Positions 49,950 to 64,000 of a stretch of DNA of 64,000 nt are shown piece after piece. Every line of letters begins with the position of its first letter. Position 1 is the first letter of the stretch. Made by a program: the position numbers and the translations under genes. The notes under the pieces are model-generated. The model had not been told where the DNA came from. It ran no database searches and worked only from the letters and a program-made list of their open reading frames with translations. Origin of the DNA: Ophelia neglecta (taxonomy: Eukaryota); contig OZ260666.1 of assembly GCA_965285935.1 (NCBI GenBank), forward strand, positions 3,596,001 to 3,660,000, given 5' to 3'.

Positions 49950-51200
49950 CCAAATAAATTACAAGGTACAGGGGAAAAGTATAAATCACCTTATCTATGA
50001 ACTGAATTATGATAAGCGAACAATTAAATAATGAATAATATCAATTTATTATGTGACTTGATAAGTAATTAAGCTTTAGTGCGGGTCCAGAAAGAATATA
50101 TCCACCAAATTATTTGCACAATTTTGTATCTTGTTCGACAAAGCCTGGGCCTTTTTACAATAAAAGGAAAATATGCTAGGAGTCAAAGACATCACACTGT
50201 AAACATTTATTTGATGGCTTGACTTTCACCTTGTGAAGCAAAATATCTGCTGGATAATTAGTATTCTCTTTTGCATGGTAATGAGACTGGTTTCCTTCGT
50301 GACATTGGGTGCAAGACCATGTGTTTCATTTTTTTACAAGTCTTTCTCATATAAATTTACCCAGAATGTACTATGATCGTGATTTTCTTCATTGGGTATG
50401 TTCTTGTAATCATATTATTATTCGCTGAAACCAGATCCTTAAATATACATTTATCTTACGCTACATTTGTTTGGCCCGTTTATTCGCAAAATTGCTTTCC
50501 CCAAACAGTTTGGTTTAAATTCATTACTGGGTTTCGCCCTAATTTATCCAAGACGTTTGCTGGTAAAAGTTTCCTCGGTTATCTATCTATGACTTCCCTT
50601 GTGGGTATTGTAGCCGGCATAAGAAACCTAAACTATCACAATAAACCTCACTTTGTTACTTGAATTTCACCCATGAGAGAAAGGTTCTTCATAGATAAAG
50701 CCTTAGTTATATTTTCGCATTTGATAAATTAAGCCTCCGAATTTCCCGGTAATTATTTGCTTTTTCTCTCTTATAGATATACCAAGAATGTTTTGTAGTT
50801 GTCGGGATATATTTTCCATTTGGTTTGATCATTAAATGTGGATATCTCTTGTTTACGAAGGGGGAATAAATAGTCATCTGCAGCATTTGATGCTAAGGCG
50901 ATCTCGCCTCGTTACAGATGCACCACGGGTTTATGTGTAGCAAAATTAAATATGACAGTATACCATCTGGAGCAAAGTTTTCGACTGCTTATATTATTTT
51001 TAATTGCGGACTGAACAGGGTTAAACGACGCCTGATTCCCATCTACATCTTTGTCTATACTGGACAGTCTGAAGGCACAGGATAAACGTCCAGGTAGGAC
51101 ACCCTCAAGGCGCATGGCATGGATGAAATATTTTCTTACAGTCGAATAATTTTATCATTGTCGCTCTCTATTTAAACTCGATCCTGTACCGTCATCTCGC
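49950..51200 (-). mobile_element. Highly decayed L1/Tx1-like LINE ORF2 3' part
   Basis: Minus-strand LHKVKVKPSNKCLQCDVFDS..HIF around 50170-50240 resembles the L1/Tx1 C-terminal zinc knuckle; heavily disrupted. Confidence 0.45.
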
Positions 51201-51414
51201 CCATGTTTTTTACCTCACTACACGCCGCTCAAATGGCGATTTTGGATTGTTTTTCTTCTTCATCGATATGCTTTTCACTTTAATATACATATGCTACACA
51301 CGCACTTCAAAGCATGTACACACATGATACACGATGACTTTAATATTCCCCAGTTCAACACACTACGCGTACTTTTTTAACAACAATTGACATTATTGAG
51401 TATTGTTTTGATGG

Positions 51415-52808
51415 TTGTGCGCATGCTCGGTGATGGAAGCTGCCTTTCATTTCAATGAGAATATTATTGAAAATATTACGGATACCAACAGAGAGACAAA
51501 GAAAAGACAAAGACAGGACGCTTCTAATACCAGTGAAACTTCATTCCAGGTTAGGAAAAGGCTTAATTTTAACGACACAGTAATAGAAATGAATCCTGCG
51601 CACCACACTGACCAAAATGTAAAGGCGGTATTGGCCATTGTGAAAGGTACGCAAGCCACCCTACATGAATACAATAGGCGCGTGACACTCCTTGAACAAT
51701 GGTCTGTACAACAGCAACAAATGAATGACCACATACATCGAGCAATCAGTGTTATGGAATACAAACTGCTTGACCTGGAAGCACGCTCACGAAGGCTTAA
51801 TCTTATCTTCCATAACACAAGGGAGGAAGGACACCGAGAAAACACCAGGGATGTGCTGGCATCGTATTTCTCCGTAGATTTGGGCCTTTCTGACGCTCAG
51901 GTAGAAAGCATTGTTATCCAGCGTTCTCACCGTCTAGGGGCATCGAGGGGAAGGGCACGCCCGATCATTGCGTGTTTCCGTGATGAATGGGCTGTCAACA
52001 ATATTCTAGACGCTGCCCGCACAAGACATAAGGAAAAGGAGATTTCAAAAGACCTGCCGAAAGTAATAAGGGATGCTAAAAGTGTCTCCTTCCCAAGATG
52101 CACGAGGCAAGAAGAAGAGGAAATCATGCTGTAATTAGGTTTCCAGCTGCACTCGTGGTGGATTCAGTGGTTGTGATTGACTGCTTTCATGGATTCCGAA
52201 ACACTGGCCAGGCAAATTTCATGGCTACATCAACCCCAATAAGGGAGCTTCCCGAGACAAGTTGGCACCGTGGTCCTTCCGGTGCTGCAGGTGTGGCGGC
52301 ATTTTCTCCTCCGCAGCAGCCATTACAACAGCAGACAATAGGATTTCCGCAAAATGCCTACAGGCCTGTTAATTATTATGGACCATACGACGCATCAATC
52401 CAACAGACGAGACCATGCTATGGGACTCAGCGTCCACAACTACCCTACCAAACCATTTATAGCAGGGCGGCAAGACCCACAACTGGACCTGTTATGCCAC
52501 CTCCGCTGATTGCTCATCGTGCTCCGGGTATGATCCCGGCCGACCGTCCTGTAACTGCGTCTGTCAACCTAGCGGGCAATCAACAGTTTGCTGCGCCCAG
52601 GCCAAATGCCACATCATCATCAGTAATGAGGAGTACGAGTGAAGGACAAACAGTCCCTGTCTCCACTGGCATACGGACACAGCAGAATGATCTTCTGCAT
52701 GAAACACAGGAGGCGGGTCCTTCGGCTGATGGCGGTACGGGAACAGTCAACCCGCCAGTGGGAGATCAAGGCCTTCCTCCCGACACCGGACAGCCGCGGG
52801 CAGTGTAG
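51415..52808 (+). pseudogene. LINE ORF1-like (coiled coil + RRM-like region), frameshifted near 52090
   Basis: DLEARSRRLNLIFH...IQRSHRLG...RPIIACF...ISKDLPKVIR, continuing in another frame as ARRRGNHAVIRFPAALVVD, then Pro/Gln-rich. Confidence 0.75.
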
Positions 52809-52829
52809 CTGCCACAATCAGTAACCGAT

Positions 52830-55800
52830 CTGTCCTTCCTGGTCTGGAATATCAGAGGTCTTGCAACGAAAACTTACTCCAAGATTTTAGATCCCCAGTT
52901 CTTGGAGATTGTGGATCAATCTGACATCTTGTTGTTCACCGAAACATGGAGCAATGATTTGCAAAACCTGGACATTCCCGGATATGACGCAGTTTATAGA
53001 GAAGAACTTAACCCGAGAGCAAAAAGGTTTTCAGGTGGTATTGCCGTTTATTTTCAGTCGCAACTGGCGAAGGGAATAACAATTCTAAAAAAAGTAAAAG
53101 ATTGTATATTATGGTAAAAACTGTCTAAAGTATATTTTGTTGGTGATAAAGACATTTTGATTGCTCTGATTTATAATGTCCCTCAGGACTCGACTAGAGC
53201 TCCAGACTCACCAAATGTTTTTGCTTTGTTGGAGTCCCATATTGCAGAGTTCGAAAGTGTACAACCAGATACATATGTATATATTGTGACTGGGGACTTT
53301 AACGCCAGAACTGGGGTATTGAATGATTTTATTCGATTCGATAATAATTCTTCTGATCATATACTGCTGCCCGAAGAGTATGCTGATGATTCTACCTTAC
53401 CAAGAACTTCAATGGATGTTACTGTTAATAATTATGGGCACAGGTTACTAGATCTGTGTTGTGCTACCGGCCTCCGTATTGCAAACGGTCGGCTTGGGAA
53501 TGATAAAGATTGTGGTAAATATACATATATAGGTGGAGTCGGAGCAAGTGTTATAGATTATGTACTGTGTATGCAGTCAGATTTTGCTCTGTTCTCTAGT
53601 TTTTCTGTAGGTGACCCAAATGTTATGAGTGACCATAGCCCTCTTAAATTTGAATTTAAAAAATTGGGTAATAAGCCGGAGAGTAAACCTGCAGTGATGA
53701 GTACTAAATTAGCTTGGAATTCAGAATGTGTAGGTCAATTTAGAGCCTCATTAAATAGTGCTCTCGGTAGTTTAAATCATATAGTTAACTCCAATCATAG
53801 CATTGACATACAGGTTACTAAATATACAGATAAATTACTTGATGTCGCGCTGCCTCTTCTCGGTAAACAAATCCGGCCACATGCTGTACGAACTACACCA
53901 GTTATTGATACTCCTGCGTGGATGTGCAATAAATGCAAGCTCTTGCGAGATGAATTTCATGAAAAGCTTGATTTATATAGACAGAATAGTATCGAAGATA
54001 TTCGGGCGAATTTGAGATTGGCTAGATCTAAATACTCTAAGCACGCTGATATTTGTAAAAATAAACATAGCGTAGGTCAAACAAAATCATTGCTAGATGC
54101 CCGTAAGAATAATGCCAGATTATACTGGAAAATGTTGAAAGGTTCAGCTAGTCGTGTTTACCCAAACATTGAAATGGCTGAATTCTATAATTTCTTCAAA
54201 ACTATTTCTAACCCCCCAAACATTGAAGACTTCGAGATTGCTGATGAATATAACTCATTTGTGCAAGACTATGTAAGAGATGAGTCTATGTTTAGTGAAT
54301 TGGATACGGAGATATCTGTAAGTGAGATTCTGTCAGCGATTTGGCAGCTTAAGGCTGGTAAGGCGGCAGGGCCCGACTTACTGATTAATGAACTATTCAT
54401 TTATGCAGATGAGTTGGTACCGTCGTTGCAGGGGCTCTTTAACAATATCTTGAGTGCTGGTGACTTTCCGTCCTCTTGGACAGATGGTATCATTTTACCC
54501 ATCCATAAGAAGGGCTCTTTACACCAAGCTGAAAACTATCGTGGGATAACGTTACTTAGCGTACTGGCAAAGCTGTTCACTCGCATTCTTAACAATCGCC
54601 TGACTTCTTGGGCAGAGGAGTATGGGGTGTATATCGAAGGTCAGGCAGGCTTCCGTGCTGGCTATGGTACAATAGACAATTTATTTGTTCTGCATGGGCT
54701 TATATCAAATTATTTGAATTCTAAAAAACAATTATACTGCTGCTTTATTGACTTCCGTAAAGCCTTTGATTATGTCAATAGAAATGGTCTATGGTATAAA
54801 CTCATAAAGTCAGGAATTTCTGGCAAGCTTTTTAATGTTATAAAAAGCATGTATTCTTGTGTTAAATCAGCTGTTCGGTCCTTGACTGGGGAAATTAGTG
54901 AGTCGTTCGAATGTTTATTAGGCGTCCGTCAAGGCGAAAGCCTCTCTCCATTTTTATTCTCTATTTACATTAATGATCTTGATCATGAATTATCTAATAG
55001 CCAACAACCCACAGGAATAAGCATTGATTATATTAAGCTCTATTTACTTCTGTATGCTGACGATGCCGTCATATTGGCAGATATGACGGAGGGTCTGCAA
55101 TCACGACTGAATACACTAGAAACATATTGTGAAACATGGAAATTGAAGTTAAGCACAGAAAAAACTAAAGTGGTAATTTTTAGAAAAGGGGGTAGGTTAC
55201 CGGGGAATCTGGGGTTCAAGTATAAAACAGCAAAATTAGAAGTAGTCTCGAACTTTTCTTATTTGGGTTTAGTCTTACCAGCGGGCGGCTCTTGGACGGC
55301 AGCCCAGGAGACCCTGGCGAAGCAGGCCACGAAAGCAGTTTTTTGTTTGAAAAAATATACATATAGATATAACATGAGCCCCAAAGACATGTGCTCTTTA
55401 TTTGATAAATTAGTTCTTCCTGTTTTAAACTATTCCTCTGAACTATGGGGCTTTCATCGGGGGGTGAATGTAGAGAGGGTTCATCTCAAATTTTTATAAA
55501 AGTATCTTAAACTTAAAAGACAGAACAAAGAATGAAATGGCTTATGGGGAGCTTAATCGGTTTCCTTTACAAATTAATAGGTACCTTAATATAATTAAAT
55601 TGTGGCTTAAACTGATTCAAGTAGGTGGTAATAAGCTAATGCAGAAAGTCTATTGAATGTTATACAGCAGAATACAGCAGGATAATTGGGCCAGTAAAGT
55701 AAAATATCTTCTGTTCAAATACGGTTTCGGAGAAGCTTGGCTGAATCAAGGTGTTGCCGATGTAAAACAATTTATAGTGTTATTTAAACAGAGACTCTTT

Positions 55801-56190
55801 GATTGCTATAAGCAAGATTGACATGGGAATATAAACGATTCCTCAAAGTGTATATTTTATCGGTTTGTTCATCCAGACTTTGGCGTTCTGCCTTCTTATA
55901 TGAACTGTGATGTGAGCATCAAGTATAAAAAAACACTGTGCAGATTTAGGTGTCGCGATCATTATTTGTATGTGGAGAGGGGCAGCTGGCAAAGGCCACC
56001 TGTAGAGTTTAGTTTTCAGAGCGCAAATGTAGTGTATGTGATAAGTTGGACGATGAATACCATTTTGGACTGGAATGTTGTTTATTTTTCGAACTACGTG
56101 CCAGATATATTCCAAGATACTATGTAGTAAGGCCTAATGTATATAAATTTTTGGAACTGCTTAGATCTGCCAATAGTAAAACTCTAAATA
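52830..56190 (+). pseudogene. LINE ORF2 endonuclease/reverse transcriptase
   Basis: In-frame stop at 53115-53117, 780-aa open stretch 53157-55499, then stops and frameshifts. Confidence 0.92.
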
Positions 56191-56194
56191 ACTT

Positions 56195-56950
56195 ATATCT
56201 CTTAAGGCCAACAGCTCAAATAAAGAGAGTATATTCAAAATTTTCGGTAGCAAATTTGGCCACAAAACAACATACCTAGGTCAAATTCTTTGTAATGCCA
56301 AAAGTTTCTTAACCAACCGACTCTGTCACACTGTATGATTCCTTTGTAAACCCTTATTTAAATTATTATGTTGAGGTTTCAAAACAACTAATATTCTGCC
56401 ATTGCAGGAGATTTATTTATACTCTGCAACATGTTTATGTGCAAATGTATTAATAATTTACATACCCAGATTTCGGATGGGATACCCATTGTCAATGTTG
56501 ACTTTTATCAGGATCTCACCAGACAGGTTTCAACATTCTTTTGACTTAATTTTCTTTTTTGTGTCCATAACTATTAAGTATGGGGGAGTAACTCTGTGGT
56601 ATTATTTCTGCAAGGTTATTGAGAATAAATGTACTTTCGCCAATTTAAAGAAACAATTGAAGGCATTCTGATTTAAGAATGATGTTAAGGTGTGAACAAC
56701 TAGGTTTGTTCCTGTGGTGGTACTGCGTATGTGTTGTAAAAAATTGAATATCTAATTAAGATAATTTATACATTATAAGGCAGTCAAAATATTCTGTATC
56801 TACTAATAGGATACATATCTCATTTAGGGATCTTTCCTCTTTGTTTTGCGTGATAGATATCTCTCCATAATTAGTTGTATGACTGTATATTTGTATCACA
56901 TAGAGCCATCGGCACATTTGAGTTGAAATTTGAATTGATAAAGCCAAACA
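56195..56950 (-). mobile_element. Upstream part of the decayed minus-strand L1/Tx1-like ORF2
   Basis: Minus-strand remnants PIRNLGM and RNHTV*QSRLVKKLLALQRI resemble L1/Tx1 post-RT motifs. Confidence 0.4.
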
Positions 56951-57764
56951 AGGTCAAATGTTAAGGTCACAGTTATCTTGCAAATAATCTAAAGATTAGA
57001 TTGATTATTGGTTTAAACATATTTATTTACATAATTTGGATCTTACAGAAGCCAGGGGCTTAGAAGGTAATTTCCAAATAAATCATTAGCACAATATTTA
57101 CAAATATGCATGAGATAAAAGATGATGAGATGAGATGAAATGTAATGGAAAGGTACAATACTCGTAGTTTAGAGTCATTGGACGAGATTTGTCTACAAAG
57201 TTGATGAATTCAACATAAATAGATAGAGAGTTTTACAATTCAGTGAGTAGGAGAACAAGTATACTAAATATAAAAATATAGATTGATTATTGATATTTTG
57301 TCTGCGATGAATTAAAACAAGGAATGACGTGAAATGATTTGACTAGACTAAGCTTGGGTGGGCTGGGGTTAGATGCGCTGGAAGGTCCTATGTTGTTAAT
57401 TTGTGTCTTGATTAACTTAGCCCTGCAATGCTGGATACCTTATCTATATTACGCATCACTAACATCCACTCAACCAAAATATGAATTTAAAAGCAAACTT
57501 TATGAACTCTGTAGGATTATCTCCTAATGTTCCCGGCCACCGATCGATTCTCAACCCACTGAGGGACCTGTATGCTAGAGTGGATAGGAGCTTGAAGGAT
57601 AAAGTTGGACCTTATCGAGAGTGAGATACTGAGATTAGGTCAATGACGGGGAAGAGAACCAAAGACAGCGGAAGGGGACAAGGAGTGAATGGGATCATGA
57701 ATTTAGGGTCGGACTGGGGACTTCGGGGATTGGTACCCGAGCGGCAGCAGACATGAACTTAGCT

Positions 57765-58515
57765 AACGCAGGAAAAATAATTATGAACCTGAAAATATAC
57801 CACTGAAAAAGTTTTATGGGGAATAGAATATATAAACATACCATCGGCTTCCTGTTAAATTACGGGGGGTTCAATACAACTTCGGAGAATGTGTATAAAA
57901 CAAGAGCTAGGCTATGAAATGTAGGAACTTTAGGTTTCGTCCCAGCAATTTAAATGAGCTAGGAGAGAGGGCGCAAAGCTAACACACACACACACACACA
58001 CACTTAGCTTACATAAAGTGATATATTATTTCGCAGCTATAAAAACAAGAAGAAAGGTAACATATGCATGTAAAATTTCACTTTCACATTTAATGATTAA
58101 AGCTTTATACCATTTATCCCAACAAATAGAATTACGCAACTTTAATGAGTCAGATAAACTATGCTAGAGTTTGTTCATTAAGAGAAATTTTAGGCAGAGG
58201 CTAGGCGCGCGCGGACACTAACCATGCTTTTCATGGCCAAGGGTTTGACATTCAATGACCCTCTGATTTCAAAATAAGTATATTTCTTGTGTACATCGTT
58301 TGATTTCATTATTGTTCTTCTCAGTGTAGTTAATTTGAAACCGCTTAGTAATTATATAATGAATTATTAAACCTAATAAATGTATGTATTTAACCTAAAT
58401 ATAAGACCATTCATGCCATTTTTTGTCAAAAGAATAAAGGCGGTGCTTAGTTGTTAAATCCAAGATGTACAACAAATATTGTATTTTTATCCTACAAGCA
58501 TATTTATTCGTTAGA
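57765..58515 (+). repeat. Copy of 35510-36260 (3' end of gene D and downstream)
   Basis: aacgcaggaaaaat...cctgaaaatataccactgaaaa start; collinear match. Confidence 0.9.
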
Positions 58516-58621
58516 CGTGTAAATAAAGTAAAGCGGCTTATACCAATAAAACGAATGAGCTAAGATGTAAAATATGTAGATAATAGCTATATTGCCCATG
58601 TTAAGAATATCGGTATATCCA

Positions 58622-58837
58622 GGGCCCGGTTTCTGGTAGCAGTCTAAAGTTTTGGGTTATATAAGCCGATTACCGATAAGCTCAGATGGCTTTATTCGTT
58701 GTGCAATTGACCAGGAATAGGTTTAAGACCAAATCCAGCTTCCAAAAAGCCAGATTAGGACGTTAAGAGCAGTTAAGCACGTTAAACCTGATTTTAATCC
58801 GAGATAAGACTTAAGACCGCTTCCAGATACTGAGCCC
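58622..58837. mobile_element. Second copy of the 24852-25081 MITE; homology to the gene C upstream region continues to ~59190
   Basis: gggcccggtttctgg ... ccagatactgagccc. Confidence 0.6.
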
Positions 58838-59520
58838 TGCATCTTATTAACGATGCAATGTATGGGAAATGTGGGACATAAATGAGGCCTATACAACTTA
58901 TAACCAAGTTGGGTTATTTAATACATAAATACATCAGATGTCTTGGCCACCATCCAACACGCAACAACATGGATTTTGCCCTGGTTGGAGGAAGTGTTTT
59001 CTTTAATGACCGAGTTCTTTCTGTAATAAATATCTGGCAAACGCAGATAAGATAATTTTGGAAATTTTAAATGTAGAGGCAGATATTTAGACGGATGACA
59101 TCATTGTTATTTAGGTGGGTATTTCACTAGCTATTTCCTTTTTGGCACAATGTTAACAGTGAAGAGGCGCACAAATAGGTCACTAGACGAAGCGAAGGAA
59201 GGGGGGGGGGGGTCAGGGGAAGGTACGAAGGTCGGAGGATAGTGGGGGGATGGGGAGTCAGGCGATGAGGGGGGAGGTCGGGGGATGGGAGGGGGCGGGT
59301 GACGGGGGCAGGCGGGACGTGGGGGATGGGGGTCGGGGAAAAGGGGGATCTTTAACCTTTGTTTCAATCATGATAAAGAAACGTTTTAAGTTTAAAATAA
59401 AAAAATGTTATTTTTTTGTTATTTTTTATACCAAATTCGGCTAAATTCGTTTTTTCTCTCAAGTAGTAGGGAAACAGAATATAACCAACAAGGTGTTCTT
59501 TCAAAAAACTTCTAGCTGTC

Positions 59521-60222
59521 CTAGCGATAACATTGACAAATGTCACGAGAGAAGACGCTGGTTTGTACATCTGTCGTCGTACTGACTATAGTGAAACTAA
59601 CACTGTTTTTGTCTTGGGTAAGGTTTTGTTTGGCCCTCACAGACAATGTGTCTCGAATTTTTATTGGTGAGTGAATAAACAAACAGTGAAGTAGTAAAAA
59701 ACTTGCAGGATTTTAGTAGAAGTCAGAATTTCTTAATGATCTCTTCGAATAAATGTCTCCTCCCGTTTATTTTCTTGGTGATGAAGAATAAGACAATGTA
59801 ACTCGTAAGAAAAATAAACATGAAACCTCAAACTTAAATAGACTGCATGTCGAGCCAGCCAGAAAACCAGAAATCGTTAATTTTCACATACTTAACTGTT
59901 TTATCATGTATATCAAGTAGAACCTTAAATTTTGAAATGGCCAAGTGAGTTCTATATTTTAAATCTATCGCCCTCGCTGGGAGCGATGGAATGATGACAT
60001 CTCATTCTCCAGTCATAATTGATTTAGAGGGTTTAAAATTGACGTCTGGCGTCATTACTACCTCTCTTACATTTAGTTACATTTAGTTTCGAGATGGCGC
60101 TTTAATCGGAAGTAGCACGGATGAATCGACCTATACGATACCCGTACACAGCAGATTTAACCCGTTCTCTGACTACTCCTGTCGAGGGAGGGAGCTTGGC
60201 TCAAGTCTACTCTCAGACTCAA
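59521..60222 (+). pseudogene. Gene-C-like pseudogene fragment: 3' third of the V exon plus a damaged second Ig exon
   Basis: LAITLTNVTREDAGLYICRRTDYSETNTVFVLG|gtaagg at 59521-59617; the intron matches gene C's; second Ig remnant ~60005-60222 lacks its acceptor, first Cys and an internal segment; no signal or TM exon nearby. Confidence 0.85.
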
Positions 60223-61354
60223 GTAAGCAAAACACACTAATAGTGGCTAGCAATATGGCTTAGACAAACTGATTGAATGCACATCGACAATTTGCTACGG
60301 AAAGCCTGTATTTTGGTGAACAGGGTATATTTGTCCTATTTGCTGCAGCCTACTGCCAAAAGCACCAATTGGAAAGCTGATTTGTCGTCTGTCATGTACG
60401 AGTGGCGGGGAGGGGGAGGGGGAGAAGGTTGATTGTTGAGGGGGTACCCGTCCCCGGTTCACATTTAAAAAAACAGGGAGGAGATTCATGAATATTTAAT
60501 ATGGAGTTTTCTAATCACATGGAACAACCTATTTTCCATGTTCCGATATATTGAAGAAATGAATCCCGATTCATGGGAAATTGCAACAGAGTATTTCCAG
60601 AACCAATAGGCTACCGAGACTTCTAATATACCAAAAATACATTTTCATAATGAAGATATTTAGTTTTTACCACCGTCTTTTTCTTTTATCAATATATATT
60701 TTATGTGACGTCTTTCCTCATTCAGAGTTAGAATTCCAGAATGAAATGAAATGTTGTTATTCTCAGCCTAAATAATGCAAACTACTTAGCCAGCATTCTG
60801 TCTGAATGAAAACTTCGAAAATCGACTTCTTCATATTTCTTGTAGCTTTTAGCATCCATTGAGACATGTGTACTTCAAGTATAACTATAGGTCGACTTCG
60901 AGTGAACCTACGAGATTAACTCGTGTTACCTGAGTCACTAGAGTTGGACCGAAGTCACGCCGTTGTGATCTGAAGCTGTTAATTCCGCAAGACGCTGATG
61001 ACATCGGGCGAAACTCCAAAAACAACTGGGTAAACTCGGCCGAAGTCGGTCTATAGTGTAAAATTAGAAACATTCGTGAGCTGAACCATTAAGCGAATCA
61101 TATATCACCATTTATGAAAATCGATGTTCTACGCTGAGGGATTCTAGAGTGATAATCTTTGGGAGAAGGGTTGGGTATAAAAAGCTCATATTGGAAGCAA
61201 CTCGTTGAAAGCCCTCAATGTGTTTTGCTTAAGGCTATTCTTTTCTTTATGTAATGCTGAAGGTGGAAAATGGAAGGTCATGGAGCCGATTGGGGGCTTT
61301 AAAGATATGAAAAGCTCTCTAAATTAGAGGGAAGAAGGCATATTTCGAGGTCAA

Positions 61355-64000
61355 ATGTAGGAAATATTAGAACCTTGTTTGTCCCTTCCCCTCCTCCTCC
61401 TTTTTAATGAAGAGAATCTTTTGTACGTTATTGACAGTGTCTGTAACTTTTAAACACATATTAAGAACCTTTTAGGCCTATGTTTTTCCTAGGCAGAACC
61501 TAAACCTGTTACCAACGAAACAAGAAGGTCCAGTAGTACAGGGGTCCTAAAATTCCTTTACATGAACTTGCGTCCTTGAATAATGCTAGAGTAGTCATCT
61601 CTGGAGAGAAGGTCTGCCTAGTGTAAGTAGTACGGTAAATTGCCCATTTTCGGGAATTTCGTATTTCGCGAATATTTCCTTGTTTGCCGTAGTTGTTATT
61701 GTTATTAATGGGTCCCTCAAATATTGGCGCTCGTAAGTAGCGCTGGTTGTAAAACACACAATGCGCACTTACGCTGTTCGTTAGAAGTTTAATAACATCA
61801 AATATCTGCACACTCAAGGACATATCAGAGGTCCAAAAAGCCGGTCACACTATTAAGATTACACCTTTAAGGTTATAAATGGAAAGCACCAAAAACTTGT
61901 TAGCTATCAACCTACTCGTACTTTATAAATTATAGTTACTGTTAATTGAAGCCTTAACAGCATAGTTTATGGCACTCTTAACCTTTATCCTCTGAACGGC
62001 TCTACACTGGATCAATTTTGTAATAATAATATCGCATTAGATTCGGGACAGGCAGATGGTAGAAAAAGCCAATAATGCTTTGTTTCTAAACTGATATAAT
62101 TGTAATTTCTATGCAAAAATACTGGTACCGTGGTTGCTGAAAGGGGTGGGGTAGGGGAAGGGAGGACCTCTCCCTTGATTGTAGCTTGATATAGAGTGCA
62201 GGCGGATGTAAGGGGTAGGTTAGGGAAAGTGAGGACCCCCGTCTTCACTGTAGTTTGATATAGGGCCCAGGAGGAGGTAAATAGGGGGAAGGAATGATCC
62301 CCAACCACCACCACCACCCCTACCCCCCCCCCCCCCGCCTTCTACAGCAGCACCGGTGGGGATTTATTTAATCATACATACTTCATGTCATCGATACGTT
62401 TACATGGCTGAATATCATAAATCAACATAAGCAGATGTCAGGACTTGCGCAAACACTTTAGTTTGAACGAGGCGTAAGTGAATCTGTGTATAGCTATTAA
62501 ATTAAGGTGCATTGCACTTTATCTGATATGCAAAAGTCTTTACCCGGAATATTGATTTTTAGCGTTCATATCACTTATCTAGGCGGTGGTTGAAACAACA
62601 GTATCGGCGCTTTACATGTTCATGCCTAAAAGGAGTACTATGTGTATATTCCACGGCTGCAATACTCATTATTGTAATTAATTATTCCTTCATTAGACTA
62701 TAAACCTGATACAAGCCGACGAGATATGTAAACATAAGGTAAGTTGTGTATAGCGAGGCTTATAGGGGGATGTTAAGCTAATAACTACCACGTCATCAAT
62801 AACCGTTGCCCATATCACAAACTATTTCTTATAGCTACGCCTTGTCTCGTATCTACTGATCGTGTGGTCCAGTTTTGTATCAGGTTTTTCAGTATGCAAG
62901 TTCTTTTGCTTCCCTAAATTCTGTGTATGGGTGAGCTGGGTAGACATTGCTGTGTCTGAAATTCCTTATCACAGAAGCTACACTTTTTTTCCTATATACG
63001 TGAGATGGTGTTTGGCAAGGGACTTTGAATTTTTTAGCATCATATTGCATACGCTACATTGGTATTTATCTCTGTCTACCTGTGTAGGATATTATAGTAT
63101 AGACCGAACTGCAGTAATATGTGACCCAAGACTATTTTCACTTTATTAAGTACAAGTCTAGTCGTATTCAAGCACACATTGAATGACGTTATCTTGACAC
63201 AGTTATATAACTTTCACTATTCCCATTCTGGGCCCGTATATTACCTTGAAAACATGTACGCAAACAGCATAAACTTTACCGTGCACTTATAGCAATCGCT
63301 GTGTGGTTCACATTTAGTGTTTACCCTTCTTTTCCCCTCTTCACTTTATTCGTCCCCTGCTACCTGTCCTGCGTTAGGCTTTACTCTACAATCCCTGCCA
63401 TCGATCGCAATCCTCTCAGTCTGCGTTCTATTTCAATTTATCTGCCCTATGTTTTGTCTACTCTATAACTCCTAACGGCTTCGGCACTCCATGCACAATC
63501 TACACCCTATCTACCCTGCCCTCTCAATCTAACTACCCTGCATTGCATCTCAAAGTACATTCCATGTGCTCTAGCTCAATTTACCTACCCCCTACATTTT
63601 GGTTAAATGGACATTCTTTGCATCCAGTGACATCTCATATTTTACCTTAATTCACTTGACCCTCCATGCCCTACACGCATCCTGAAATAAGTGTACTTTC
63701 TATCGTGCAAACGATATGTATTTAAAATGGTTTAAATCTTGAACACAATAGATAATTGCATAATTTTACGATGAAGAAATTGTGACTTTTCCGTTCAACT
63801 GAATAATGGTTTGCAACGGGGTTTAAACCCTGAAATTGCTTTTTACTTTTGATGTTGGAAGTTGACAAGTTCAAAAATCCAATTAACGTAATACCTGAAC
63901 AATTCAAGAAAACAAAGAAAGGAAAACTTTGAAGAAGTCCTTAATAGCTAACAAATAAGTTCGTGGCCATATCATCAATATTCTATGGCCGTCGGTGGTA
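61355..64000 (+). repeat. Second copy of 36355-39149, running off the window
   Basis: Collinear similarity. Confidence 0.9.

Larger units (their letters stand above)
51205..56195 (+). mobile_element. Near full-length LINE (ORF1 + APE-RT ORF2), inactivated
   Basis: ORF1-like segment, then WNIRGL, TETW, GDFNAR, DY, SDH (APE) and NYRGITLLS, QAGFR, FIDFRKAFD, GVRQGESLSP, LYADD (55053), DEYHF finger. Boundaries approximate; the 3' end looks truncated. Confidence 0.93.

Noticed and set aside
59131-59444. Pro-rich and Gly-rich ORFs (also 25091-25524)
   Set aside because: Translations of low-complexity G-tracts without splice or domain support.

Overview
Animal (probably invertebrate; species not identifiable from sequence alone) AT-rich genomic DNA with GT-AG introns. 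Splicing by hand gives a tandem cluster of five + strand type-I membrane receptors of the immunoglobulin superfamily (called genes A-E here), plus two pseudogene relics. Genes A-D share an unusual N-terminal V-like domain in which the canonical B-strand Cys and C-strand Trp appear swapped. The cytoplasmic tails differ. Gene A has duplicated exons carrying YEDL/YEEL motifs. Genes B, C and D have a Cys/His-rich hexapeptide-repeat tail, read in a frame the ORF track misses; in B and C it is followed by an ITIM-consensus motif. Gene E has a Cys-less V-like domain, a triplicated cytoplasmic exon, a long Gly/Ser/Pro/Gln-rich repeat and a disrupted six-ankyrin module. The window also holds two decayed + strand LINEs (one near full length, apparently nested in an older - strand L1/Tx1-like relic), MITE-like elements, minisatellites (one an amplified splice donor), and several direct and inverted segmental duplications. 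All gene models are manual inferences from splice signals and reading-frame phase, without transcript evidence.
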